A stretch of 64,000 nt of DNA. It comes from Allorhizobium sp. GTDB taxonomy: Bacteria; Pseudomonadota; Alphaproteobacteria; Rhizobiales; Rhizobiaceae. This document shows, in pieces, positions 53,492-62,941 of this stretch. The stretch's first letter is position 1. Every line of letters begins with the position of its first letter. The position numbers and the translations under genes were made by a program. The notes beneath the pieces were generated by a model. The model was not told the origin of the DNA and made no database searches. It saw nothing but the letters and a program-made list of their open reading frames with translations. Location: positions 87,722-151,721 of the forward strand of contig JBHYDI010000007.1 of NCBI GenBank assembly GCA_051861045.1. Direction: 5' to 3'.

Positions 53492-54796
53492 ATGCCAAAG
53501 CGCTTTCATCTTGGTTGGTTCATGAATTTTGCCGTCAGCGAGTGGAACCATCCTTTTGGTGCCGGAGGCCGGCCATGGGACGGGAACTTCTACATCGACA
53601 TGGCCAAGGCGATGGAGCGCGCGTGTTTCGACTATATCATGCTTGAAGATACCTTGATGATTTCAGAAGCTTATGGCCACAGCACAGAGGCCTATCTGAA
53701 GCATGCGATCATGGGCCCAAAAGCGGATCCCGCACCAATGGCGGCCTTGATCGGCGCCAACACAAAGCATCTCGGGGTCGTCGCCACCATGTCGACCATG
53801 GCCTATCCGCCCTTCATGCTCGCCCGTCTTTGTTCGACGCTCGACAGCATTTCCGGCGGGCGCTTTGGTTGGAATATTGTGACCAGTGGCGAGAATCTCG
53901 CCGCCCAGAACTTCGGCATGGACGAACTCCCACCCCGCCAGGATCGCTACGACATGGCGGACGAATATGTCGAGCTCTGCAAGCAGCTCTGGGGCAGCTG
54001 GGACCAGGATGCCGTTGTGCTGGATCGTGAGACCGGCACCTATGCCGATTTCAGCAAGGTGCGGCCGATCGATTTTGTCGGCAAATACTACAAGTGCCGT
54101 GGGCCATTGAACTGCGTGCCTGGCCCACAGGGTCGCCCGACCTTCGTGCAGGCGGGGGGCTCGCCGCGCGGGCGCCAGTTTGCGGCAATGACCGCCGACA
54201 GTATCATTGCGCCCTCGTCAGGTGTGGATGGCATCAAGGCCTACCGCGACGACGTCCGCGCCCGGGCGCGAGCCGGCGGACGCGATCCAGATGAGATCAA
54301 GGTCCTGTTCGTCATTGCCCCCGTGCTTGGAGAAACAGAAGCGGAAGCGCATGCGAAGTTCGCGCGGATATCGGCGCATCCCGACTATATCGAGAAAGTC
54401 CTCGCCTCGATCAGTTCGATCACCGATATCGATTTCTCGCAGTTCGACCTGGACGCCGAGCTGCCGCACCTGACCACCAATGGCGAACAGGGATCGCTGG
54501 ACGCCTTTGCGCAATGGGGCAGCGGCAAGACATTGCGCCAGATCTGCATGGAGCAGGTATCGCGCGGAATCGACGGACTCGTCGGAACGCCCGATCAGGT
54601 TGCCGACCGTCTCGGGGAGATCATGGAAGAGGTCGGTGGTGACGGTTTCCTCATCACACGCCCGTTCACGACGACAATCAGCCGCCAATACATCCTCGAA
54701 ATCTGCGAGGGCCTCGTCCCTGCGCTTCAGCGCCGGGGCCTAACCCGGACCGAATACACCAAGTTAACCCTGCGCGAAACGCTGCGGGAATTCTGA
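53492..54796 (+). CDS. NtaA/DmoA/SnaA-family FMN-dependent monooxygenase 2 (tandem paralog of 1)
   Basis: Same motifs; roughly 80% identical to gene 1 by eye; ATG 53492 after a gagga RBS. Confidence 0.93.
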   Translation: MPKRFHLGWFMNFAVSEWNHPFGAGGRPWDGNFYIDMAKAMERACFDYIMLEDTLMISEAYGHSTEAYLKHAIMGPKADPAPMAALIGANTKHLGVVATMSTMAYPPFMLARLCSTLDSISGGRFGWNIVTSGENLAAQNFGMDELPPRQDRYDMADEYVELCKQLWGSWDQDAVVLDRETGTYADFSKVRPIDFVGKYYKCRGPLNCVPGPQGRPTFVQAGGSPRGRQFAAMTADSIIAPSSGVDGIKAYRDDVRARARAGGRDPDEIKVLFVIAPVLGETEAEAHAKFARISAHPDYIEKVLASISSITDIDFSQFDLDAELPHLTTNGEQGSLDAFAQWGSGKTLRQICMEQVSRGIDGLVGTPDQVADRLGEIMEEVGGDGFLITRPFTTTISRQYILEICEGLVPALQRRGLTRTEYTKLTLRETLREF

Positions 54797-54846
54797 TCAC
54801 CTTTGGATGCCACGACCAGGAGCCAACATCCGAAAAGAGGTCCCCG

Positions 54847-55407
54847 ATGACAGATGCAATCGATGAGATCATCTCCCAGACGACAGGGCCCGAGGGCGGC
54901 CTGACATCGCGCCCTCCCGTCGAAGCTCAGGACTATCGGAACGCCATGGCCAAGCTCGCGGCGGCGGTGAACATCATCACCAGCACAGGCGAGAATGGAT
55001 GGTGCGGCTTTACCGCATCCGCAGTGTCGAGCGTCACGGACAGCCCGCCGACGCTGCTTGTTTGCATCAAGCGCACAGTCCAGGCCCATGGGACGATTGC
55101 CGCGTCGGGCGTCCTTTGCGTCAATACGGTCGCCGGACCGCAGGAGGAGCTTGCGATGACCTTTGCCGGATCGGGCGGCAACAAGGATATGGCACAGCGT
55201 TTCGCGGGCGGAGATTGGAGCCAGCTTGTCACCGGGGCGCCTGTGTTGACCGGTGCCATCGTCAACTTTGACTGCCGCGTGACGGGTGTCAGTACAATTG
55301 GCACACATGACGTCTTTTTCTGCGAGGTCCTTGCCGTGGCCGGCCAAGATGCCATGGAAAGCGGGGCCCTCGTATATTTCGATCGGAAATTTCACGCCGT
55401 CGCCTGA
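54847..55407 (+). CDS. flavin reductase (HpaC/RutF-like)
   Basis: RNAMAKLAAAVNIIT..GFTASAVSSVTDSPPTLLVCI, GTHDVF, LVYFDRKF. Confidence 0.92.
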   Translation: MTDAIDEIISQTTGPEGGLTSRPPVEAQDYRNAMAKLAAAVNIITSTGENGWCGFTASAVSSVTDSPPTLLVCIKRTVQAHGTIAASGVLCVNTVAGPQEELAMTFAGSGGNKDMAQRFAGGDWSQLVTGAPVLTGAIVNFDCRVTGVSTIGTHDVFFCEVLAVAGQDAMESGALVYFDRKFHAVA

Positions 55408-55458
55408 GGCTCTCGGGCGTGTCTCGAGCAAATGACGTGCGAACGATAGGAGACTGCA

Positions 55459-56169
55459 GTGAACATCATGACCCCGGAATTTCAGAGGACGAAGGCGCTG
55501 CCGCTCGGAACCGTAGCGAGTGCTGCGGAGATTATCGAGGAGGCACGACAGGGGCGTATGTTCATTCTCGTTGATGACGAAGATCGCGAAAACGAAGGCG
55601 ACATCATAATCCCGGCATGTTTCGCCGACGCCGATGTCATCAACTTCATGGCGCGGAACGCATGCGGGCTGATCTGCCTCGCCATCACGCGCGAACGCGC
55701 AGAAGCCCTGGCATTGCCGCCAATGGCACCTGTTGCCAGTGCGCCCATGAAGACGGCCTTTACCGTCTCCATTGAAGCCCGCGACGGCGTGACCACGGGG
55801 ATATCATCACATGACAGGGCGCGCACGGTCGCGGTTGCCATCGATCCCGAGGCTGGGCCGTCAGATCTGGTGATGCCGGGCCATGTCTTTCCGATCGTTG
55901 CCCGCGATGGTGGGACGATCACGAGAGCGGGCCATACCGAAGCGGCGGTGGATGTGGCCCGTCTCGCCGGACTGCCGCCATCCGGCGTCATCTGCGAGGT
56001 CATGAACGAGGACGGGACCATGGCGCGCCTGCCGGACCTGATGACCTTTGCCATGCGTCATGGAATGAAGGTCGGAACCATTGCCGATCTTATCGCCCAC
56101 CGCTACGCCATCGGCGATCATCCCTTCCCTGATGCAGACGCGGCCGCTCGTCATGCTGCGATGCGGTGA
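55459..56169 (+). CDS. ribB: 3,4-dihydroxy-2-butanone-4-phosphate synthase, stand-alone domain
   Basis: VDDEDRENEGD, GLICL, TAFTVSIEA, TTGISSHDRA, RAGHTEA, VICEVMNEDG; GTG start after aggag. Confidence 0.95.
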   Translation: MNIMTPEFQRTKALPLGTVASAAEIIEEARQGRMFILVDDEDRENEGDIIIPACFADADVINFMARNACGLICLAITRERAEALALPPMAPVASAPMKTAFTVSIEARDGVTTGISSHDRARTVAVAIDPEAGPSDLVMPGHVFPIVARDGGTITRAGHTEAAVDVARLAGLPPSGVICEVMNEDGTMARLPDLMTFAMRHGMKVGTIADLIAHRYAIGDHPFPDADAAARHAAMR

Positions 56170-56188
56170 CATCGCTGGCACCTCCACC

Positions 56189-57256
56189 ATGAGGATTCGA
56201 CTGTCCGTCCTCGATCAATCGCTCGTGTCTGCCGGGCATGTGCCAGCGCAAGCAATTCGGGGCAGCGTCTCGCTTGCCCGGGCCTGCGAAGGCTTCGGCT
56301 ATAGTCGCTTTTGGGTCTCGGAGCATCATGGCAATGCGGCCATGGCGGGTTCGGCGCCAGAAGTCCTGCTTGGTGCACTCGCCATGGCGACGCGCACAAT
56401 GAGGATTGGCAGTGCTGGAGTTATGTTGCCGCATTACGCTCCATTGAAGGTTGCCGAACAGTTCCGTGTGCTCGAAGCACTGGCACCTGGGCGCATCGAT
56501 CTCGGGCTTGGTCGCGGTCCCGGTGCCGATCGCCAGACGGCCTATGCCTTGAGACCCGATGCCCTGGACAATCCCCTCTCCATGTCTGCGATGGACAGCT
56601 TTCCGACCAATGTCGAGGACACACTTGCCTTGGTTCGCGGCGAGCCACTCGGTGACGACCATGTCTTCGCCGGAGTTTTTGCGCAACCCCAGGGGCCAAC
56701 GGCACCACAGCCCTGGATCGTCGGGTCGGGCAAATACTCGGCACGTCTGGCGGGTCATCTCGGGTTGCCCTTCTGTCACGCGCATTTCTTTGGCAGCGAC
56801 AGCGAAGCTGCCCAGGCGATCGGTGCCTATCGCGCAGGCTTTCGCGCCTCGCCGATCCTGACAGAACCCCTGGTCGGCCTGTGCCTCATTGCGATGGCGG
56901 CCCCAACCAGCGCCGAAGCCGAGCGCCTTTTCCTCTCCTACGCCCCCTGGCGTGTCTCAAGAGATGCCGGACGTATGGTGCCATTGCAGCCGCCTGACCA
57001 GGCGATCGCAGCGGCTGTCGGCCTCGACCAGGATACGATCCAGCATCTGCGCAAAACGGCGGTGTTCGGGACTCCCGACGAGGTCTACGCCAGGATTGCC
57101 GGGCTCAAGACCGATTACGCAATAGACGAGATGGTGATCCTCGCGCCGGCATATGAGCTCTCTGATCGCATGGCCTCCTATGGCCTGATTGCGGGGATCA
57201 ATCAAACACAGGCAACGGAGGACCGGCCGGGTCGGGCGTCCGAGTTCTGGCTATGA
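56189..57256 (+). CDS. luciferase-like (LLM) monooxygenase, group 1 / CmoO-YhbW type
   Basis: LSVLDQ, RFWVSEHH, AGSAPEVLL, RIGSAGVMLPHYAPLKVAEQF, GRIDLGLGR. Confidence 0.92.
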   Translation: MRIRLSVLDQSLVSAGHVPAQAIRGSVSLARACEGFGYSRFWVSEHHGNAAMAGSAPEVLLGALAMATRTMRIGSAGVMLPHYAPLKVAEQFRVLEALAPGRIDLGLGRGPGADRQTAYALRPDALDNPLSMSAMDSFPTNVEDTLALVRGEPLGDDHVFAGVFAQPQGPTAPQPWIVGSGKYSARLAGHLGLPFCHAHFFGSDSEAAQAIGAYRAGFRASPILTEPLVGLCLIAMAAPTSAEAERLFLSYAPWRVSRDAGRMVPLQPPDQAIAAAVGLDQDTIQHLRKTAVFGTPDEVYARIAGLKTDYAIDEMVILAPAYELSDRMASYGLIAGINQTQATEDRPGRASEFWL

Positions 57257-57284
57257 CGGTCCACAAACCATCGGAGACTTCGTG

Positions 57285-57824
57285 ATGAAAGAGATCGACG
57301 CCATTCCACCGACAACGTCCGAGTTGCTCACCATTGATCAAGGCACGTTCTGGCGCACCCTTGGCAACCGCGCCACCGGTATGACAATCGTCACGGCCAT
57401 GAGTGACGAGGGACCTGTCGGATTTCTCGGCCTGTCCGCGACGCATGTGGCGGCCGACCCCGCCACCATGTTGGTCTCTATCGATCGCAAAACCAGCGCG
57501 CTCGCAGGCGTCCTGTCTCAGGGGCACTTTGCAGTCAACTTTCTCGATGCAGCCGCTGCCCATGTCGCGACAGCGTTCGGAGGTAAGTCCGGACTGCGGA
57601 ATGCCGATCGCTTCGTCCACGGTGAATGGGCGACACTTGCAACCGGTGCTCCGGTGTATTGTCAGGCTCTTGGCGTTTTCGATTGTCTCGTGGAGACCGT
57701 CGTTGAGCACGGCAATGTGTCCATCGTCATAGGAAGGGTGGTTGCTGCCTCCTCCCGCGCCGATGGCGAACCCCTGCTTTTCTTCCGCGGCAAGACGATC
57801 GAGGGCCTTCACCAGTCAGAGTAA
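57285..57824 (+). CDS. flavin reductase family protein
   Basis: FWRTLGNRATGMTIVT, DPATMLVSID, HFAVNFL, PLLFFRG. Confidence 0.88.
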   Translation: MKEIDAIPPTTSELLTIDQGTFWRTLGNRATGMTIVTAMSDEGPVGFLGLSATHVAADPATMLVSIDRKTSALAGVLSQGHFAVNFLDAAAAHVATAFGGKSGLRNADRFVHGEWATLATGAPVYCQALGVFDCLVETVVEHGNVSIVIGRVVAASSRADGEPLLFFRGKTIEGLHQSE

Positions 57825-58224
57825 CTGGCTGGAGGGATGAAGTGCAGATTTGCTGCAATCATAGTCATGCCCACAGGCGGACTGCCATGAGTGGCGTCCG
57901 TCGCAGAACGTGCTGCGGCATCTGGAAAGCACTGTCGATTTATTTGCGCTCTACTTGCAGGCGTCCCGAGAGGGGCCATGCAATCCTGCATGCGGTGAAT
58001 ATGCAGCTTCTGGTGATGACGGTCTACCGGCGCGCTATTCGTTGATTAAAAAGGCAGCATCGCGATGCAATAAGATGCGCCAAAAGCTTCGGTTCAGCCG
58101 GAGTTCATTTTCAGTTTTCGCCATGTTTATCAGCGGGAAACGTCGCTACGGTCCTCATACTGCGATGCAGCAAAGCAAGATCCTCAAGTGAGGTAGGTAG
58201 CGGCTGCGAAGGAGAGCGGATTTC

Positions 58225-59538
58225 ATGCCAACGAATATGTTTCATCTTGGATGGTTTTTGCAGGGCTCAAGCATCGGCGGCTGGGGCGATAAATGGTCTG
58301 GGAATATTGCCAGAGAATGGATGCATCCCAGCGCCTATTTGGACCTCGCGCGTGCGATGGAGCGCGCATGCTTCGACTATATCCTCATTGAAGACTCGAT
58401 CTATGTTGGCCAGAATTGGCAGGATTCCCGCGAAATATTTCTAACCAACGGCATCAGTGTTCCGCGCCAGGAACCCTCCGTCGTTGCGACACTGATGGCG
58501 GCTGCGACCACACGGCTTGGCATCGTTCCCACTTTGTCCACCTTTGCCTATCACCCCTATCTCACCTCGCGGATCGTCGGCACGCTCGACCAGATCTCGT
58601 TGGGGCGTGGCGGCTGGAATGTGGTGACCGGGAGCTCGGACCTTTCTGCTCAGAATTTCGGGATGGAGAAGCTCGCAGACCATGATGAACGCTATGTCAT
58701 GGCCGAAGAATACATGCAGATATGCCAGGGGCTCTGGGGGTCCTGGGAGCCGGGCGCGATCGTCGGTGATCGTGAGACCGGGGTGCTCATCGACCACAAC
58801 AAGGTCCACACGATCGATTACAAGGGCAAGTACTACGCCTCACGCGGTCCGCTGAATTCCGGCCCGCTTCCGCAGGGGCAGCCTGTTATTGCTCAGGCCG
58901 GCGGTTCGAAGAGCGGCAAGGGATTTGCTGCCCGGTATGCCGACACCATTGTCGCGGCCCCCAAGGGCGTCGAAGCAATGAAACAGTATCGCAATGACGT
59001 CCGCACCGAGATGGCGGCCATCGGGCGGGATCCAGACAAGTGCAAGGTTCTCTTCCTCGTCCAGCCAATTGTGACAGAGACGATGACGGAAGCAGGCGAG
59101 CGCATTGCCGAGCGCAAGGCCGCATCCGAGAAATACATCGACCAACGTCTGGCGCGCTTCGGCTGGAGCACCAATCTCGACCTTTCTGGCTGCGATCTCG
59201 ACGCCCCTATCGGCGAACTTACCACCAACGGTCATCAGTCCAGCCTGGCCCAGTTCCTTGCGCGCTCATCCGGCAAGACACTGCGTGAGGCGATTATCGA
59301 GCATACCACCAGCGGCTATTGCGTCGACATGGTCGGCACGCCCGACAGCATTGCGAGCCAGATGGCAGAGGTCATGCAGGAGGTCGGCGGCGATGGTTTT
59401 CTCATCGAACAACCGAATGTCAACCGCCGCACGATCGCCTCGATCACCGACGGCCTCGTTCCCGTTTTGCAGCATCGCGGACTGACACGCAACGCCTACG
59501 CGCATGAGCAGCTACGCGACAATCTTCTGGACTTTTAG
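58225..59538 (+). CDS. NtaA/DmoA/SnaA-family FMN-dependent monooxygenase 3
   Basis: ARAMERACFDYILIED, LDQISLGRGGWNVVTG, GPLN, QAGGS..G..FAARYAD, LVPVLQHRGL, LRDNL. Confidence 0.93.
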   Translation: MPTNMFHLGWFLQGSSIGGWGDKWSGNIAREWMHPSAYLDLARAMERACFDYILIEDSIYVGQNWQDSREIFLTNGISVPRQEPSVVATLMAAATTRLGIVPTLSTFAYHPYLTSRIVGTLDQISLGRGGWNVVTGSSDLSAQNFGMEKLADHDERYVMAEEYMQICQGLWGSWEPGAIVGDRETGVLIDHNKVHTIDYKGKYYASRGPLNSGPLPQGQPVIAQAGGSKSGKGFAARYADTIVAAPKGVEAMKQYRNDVRTEMAAIGRDPDKCKVLFLVQPIVTETMTEAGERIAERKAASEKYIDQRLARFGWSTNLDLSGCDLDAPIGELTTNGHQSSLAQFLARSSGKTLREAIIEHTTSGYCVDMVGTPDSIASQMAEVMQEVGGDGFLIEQPNVNRRTIASITDGLVPVLQHRGLTRNAYAHEQLRDNLLDF

Positions 59539-59601
59539 CATCCGCAGACACGGCCCGATCCGCCAACGCCTTCCCAATTTTCAATTCCAGGGAGTCCTCT
59601 G

Positions 59602-60432
59602 ATGTCTATGCATTCGAAAACCGTATTGACTGTCGCCTCGATGCTCCTGGGTGCATTGACACTCACGGCCCGCCCGGCTCTGGCAGAAAAACTCCTGCTG
59701 GGCAACGAAGGGGTTTATCCGCCCTTCAGCGTCGTCGCGTCTGACGGAACCCTGACAGGCTTCGAACCGGCGCTCGCACGTGAGATGTGCAAGCGAATGA
59801 ACGTCGAGTGCGAATTTGTTGTCATGGATTTCAAGGCGCTGATCCCGTCGATCCTGCAAGGCAAGTTCAACATCCTGGCAAGCCAGCTGTCACCGACCCC
59901 CGAGCGTCTTGAAAAGCTGACATATGCGATGCCGATTGTTTACAATCCTGCGACTTTTGTCGTGCGCAAGGACAGCAATCTCACCTTCACGGCTGAGGGG
60001 CTTGCCGGCAAATCGCTCAAGCTTGGCCTTCAACGGGGCGCATCCTCTATCCCTTACGTCGAAAAGAACTTCGCAGGCCTGTTCACGCCTGTCCTCTACG
60101 ACAATCCCGACCAGATGCGTCTCGATCTGCTGGCCGGCCGCGTCGACCTGATCTTCGATTCCAAGATCAACTGGACGCTCGAACTGATCAACAAGCCTGA
60201 TGGCAAGGACTATATGCTCGCGGGCGGCGATCACTGGCTCGGTGATCCTGCGATTCCCCCGAACGAGCGCGGCTACAGCTGGGCTGTGCGCAAGGGTGAC
60301 GAGGCGATTGTCGAGCGCATGAACGTCGCCCTGAAATCGATCATCGAAGACTGCACCTACACCAAGATCCGCAAGGAATATCTCGACATCACGATACTCG
60401 CTGCCGAGGAGGCCTGTGCCGCCTCCGAATAG
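59602..60432 (+). CDS. polar amino acid ABC transporter substrate-binding protein 1 (HisJ/ArgT family)
   Basis: Signal peptide; GNEGVYPPFS, EMCKRMNVEC, DFKALIPSI..GKF, DLLAGRVD. Confidence 0.92.
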   Translation: MSMHSKTVLTVASMLLGALTLTARPALAEKLLLGNEGVYPPFSVVASDGTLTGFEPALAREMCKRMNVECEFVVMDFKALIPSILQGKFNILASQLSPTPERLEKLTYAMPIVYNPATFVVRKDSNLTFTAEGLAGKSLKLGLQRGASSIPYVEKNFAGLFTPVLYDNPDQMRLDLLAGRVDLIFDSKINWTLELINKPDGKDYMLAGGDHWLGDPAIPPNERGYSWAVRKGDEAIVERMNVALKSIIEDCTYTKIRKEYLDITILAAEEACAASE

Positions 60433-60569
60433 GGCGTTGCAACAGCTGCGCACCTCACCTGTCCACCTGTCTCCAACCAATGGGAATGAAGTCCATGGGC
60501 ATGCTCTCAACACCAGGCATCAGCAGGTATTCTTTCTCGAACCAGGCCGGCGATCGACGACAGGCCAAG

Positions 60570-61388
60570 GTGCGCAACCTGAAGGTTGTCGTGGCGGGCA
60601 TAGTGGCCGTTCTTCTTGGCCATCTGCCGGCCGCGGCTGAAACACTAAAACTCGGGAATGAGGGCGTTTATCCGCCTTTCAGCATGGTCGATGCCAATGG
60701 CACTCTGACCGGCATCGAGGCCGACCTCGCCCGGGAGATGTGCAAGCGGATGGAGGTCGAATGCGAAATCATCGTGATGGATTTCAAAGCGCTGATCCCA
60801 TCGCTGCTTCAGGGCAAGTTCGACATCCTCGTCTCCCAGGTAACACCGACAGCTGAGCGCAAGGAAAAGATGCTGTTCAGCACCCGCATCGTCGCCAATC
60901 CGATGGTGTATGTCCTTCCTGCCAATGGGAATTATACGCTTACCAAAGAAGGACTTGCCGGCAAGGGCCTGAAGATGGGGCTGCAACGTGGTGGCGCGCA
61001 TATAAAGGTCGCGGAGGATATGTTCGGCGATGCCGTGGAATATGTCCTCTATGACAATCCCGACCAAATCCATCTCGATATGGTGGCAGGGCGCATCAAC
61101 ATGTCCTTCGAGGCCAAGCTGAACGTCGTCGTTGATTTCCTCAGCAAGCCGGAAGGCAAGGCGTTTGAGATTGTCGGCGAAGAATACTGGATTGGTGAGC
61201 CCTCCGTCCCTGAGAACGAGCGCGGCTTGTCATGGGTTACCCGAAAGGGAGAAGAGGCCCTGGTGGCCCGTATGGACACGGCGATTAAGGCAATCATGGC
61301 GGATTGCACCTACACCGCCATCCGCAAGAAATACATGGATATCGCCATTCTACCCGAGGACGAGGCCTGCGAAGGCAAGACAAACTGA
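60570..61388 (+). CDS. polar amino acid ABC transporter substrate-binding protein 2
   Basis: Paralog of SBP1. GTG 60570 gives a clean signal peptide; the ORF track starts at 60480. Confidence 0.9.
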   Translation: MRNLKVVVAGIVAVLLGHLPAAAETLKLGNEGVYPPFSMVDANGTLTGIEADLAREMCKRMEVECEIIVMDFKALIPSLLQGKFDILVSQVTPTAERKEKMLFSTRIVANPMVYVLPANGNYTLTKEGLAGKGLKMGLQRGGAHIKVAEDMFGDAVEYVLYDNPDQIHLDMVAGRINMSFEAKLNVVVDFLSKPEGKAFEIVGEEYWIGEPSVPENERGLSWVTRKGEEALVARMDTAIKAIMADCTYTAIRKKYMDIAILPEDEACEGKTN

Positions 61389-61430
61389 ACACGCCCTCTT
61401 TGTTGCTCTCACGGATGAAAGGGTTCCGGC

Positions 61431-62129
61431 ATGGAAATATCATCAGCGGAGTTTTGGGGATATGTACGTCAGATCGGCGGTGGCGCGGTCGTCACAATGC
61501 AGCTCTTTGTGTCCGGCTTTGTCTTGGCGCTCCTCCTTGGAACGTTGATCGGGATTGTTACGCTCTCACGAAACATCGTGATCCAGACGATCTGGCGCGT
61601 TTATTCCTCCATCATCATGGGCGTCCCGTCACTGCTGGTCATCTTCCTGCTCTATTATGGAGGAAGCGCCATCCTGACTGGTCTTTTCGGGATGTCGCGT
61701 TCGATCGATGTCACGCCTTTCGGCGCCGGCTTGACGGCGCTGACCATCGTTTACGCGGCCTATGTCGCCGAACTGCTTCATGGCGCAGTACGCAATCTGC
61801 CAAGGGGACAATTCGAGGCATGCGCAGCGCTTAATCTCAGTACCTTTCACGCCTGGCGACACGTGATTCTGCCGCAGGTCGCTCGTCTCGCATTTCCGGG
61901 CCTCGTGAACATCTGGCTGATCGTTCTCAAGGACACCCCGTTGGTGTCTCTTGCGGGCCTGAACGATCTCGTTGCCAATGCGAAAATCGCCGCCGGCGCC
62001 ACCAACGAGCCTTTTGTTTTCTTCATCGCAGCGTCGCTGTTCTTCATCGTTTTCAGCGCCCTGACCATGCCACTCGCCGCCCGTATAGAAGTTCGCTTCA
62101 ACCGCGGCCTAGCCAGGGTGAACACATGA
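61431..62129 (+). CDS. polar amino acid ABC permease (HisQ/OccQ-like)
   Basis: GVPSLLVIFLLYYG, AYVAELLHGA..LPRGQFEA, LKDTPLVSL. Confidence 0.93.
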   Translation: MEISSAEFWGYVRQIGGGAVVTMQLFVSGFVLALLLGTLIGIVTLSRNIVIQTIWRVYSSIIMGVPSLLVIFLLYYGGSAILTGLFGMSRSIDVTPFGAGLTALTIVYAAYVAELLHGAVRNLPRGQFEACAALNLSTFHAWRHVILPQVARLAFPGLVNIWLIVLKDTPLVSLAGLNDLVANAKIAAGATNEPFVFFIAASLFFIVFSALTMPLAARIEVRFNRGLARVNT

Positions 62130-62941
62130 ACGCGCTCGTGATCGACATTGAACTTGTCTGGGAGTCGTTGCCAGCCATGCTCAACGGGCTGATGACGACG
62201 GTGCTGGTGACCGTCATTGTTCTGGTTCTCGGCATGATTTTCTGCGTTCCGCTGACGTTGGCGAGAATGTCGTCAAACCGGGCATTTGCCTTGCCGGCGG
62301 CCTTCTTCGTGATGTTCTTCCGCGGCGCGCCACTGCTGATCCTGCTCTATCTTGTCTATTATGGCTTTGGCCAGATCGAGGCACTGCGGGACGGGCCGCT
62401 TTGGTTCATCTTCGGCAGCGCATTCGCCTGTGCTGTGATCGGGCTGACGCTCAATCACCTTGCCTTCATGGTCGACGTCGTGAGGGGGAGTCTTGAGGCG
62501 GTTCCCGCTGGTCTCAGTGAAGCCTCGAATTCGCTCGGGATCTCGCCGCGCGACACCTTCCGATACATCCAGCTGCCGCTGGCAATGCGTTACGGAATCA
62601 AGGCTTACCAGAACGAAGTCGTCATGCTGACCAAAGGCACGGCAGTCATCAGCGTGATCACCATCATCGACCTGACAGCGGTCGCCAATGAGGTTTTCGA
62701 GAGAACCTACGATCCATTCACGCCAATGCTGACTGTCGCTGCCTTCTACTGGATACTGGTCAACACGATGCGGCTTGGCTTTCGCCGATTTGAAGCCCAC
62801 CTCAACCGTCATCATGCGGCCGAAGATGCCCGCCGCAATCAGACCTCAGCCAGAACTGCCGGATCGACCATGTTGCGCCCACTCGAATGGCTGAAGTCGA
62901 GGCGCGCGATCCTCGCTGCCCACAAGGAGCATGCCATATGA
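62126..62941 (+). CDS. polar amino acid ABC permease (HisM/OccM-like)
   Basis: FFRGAPLLILLYLVYYG, NEVVMLTKGTAVIS; ATGA overlap. Confidence 0.93.
   Translation: MNALVIDIELVWESLPAMLNGLMTTVLVTVIVLVLGMIFCVPLTLARMSSNRAFALPAAFFVMFFRGAPLLILLYLVYYGFGQIEALRDGPLWFIFGSAFACAVIGLTLNHLAFMVDVVRGSLEAVPAGLSEASNSLGISPRDTFRYIQLPLAMRYGIKAYQNEVVMLTKGTAVISVITIIDLTAVANEVFERTYDPFTPMLTVAAFYWILVNTMRLGFRRFEAHLNRHHAAEDARRNQTSARTAGSTMLRPLEWLKSRRAILAAHKEHAI

Noticed and set aside
55408-55458. FMN riboswitch before ribB
   Set aside because: Spacer is only about 50 bp and lacks the RFN consensus.
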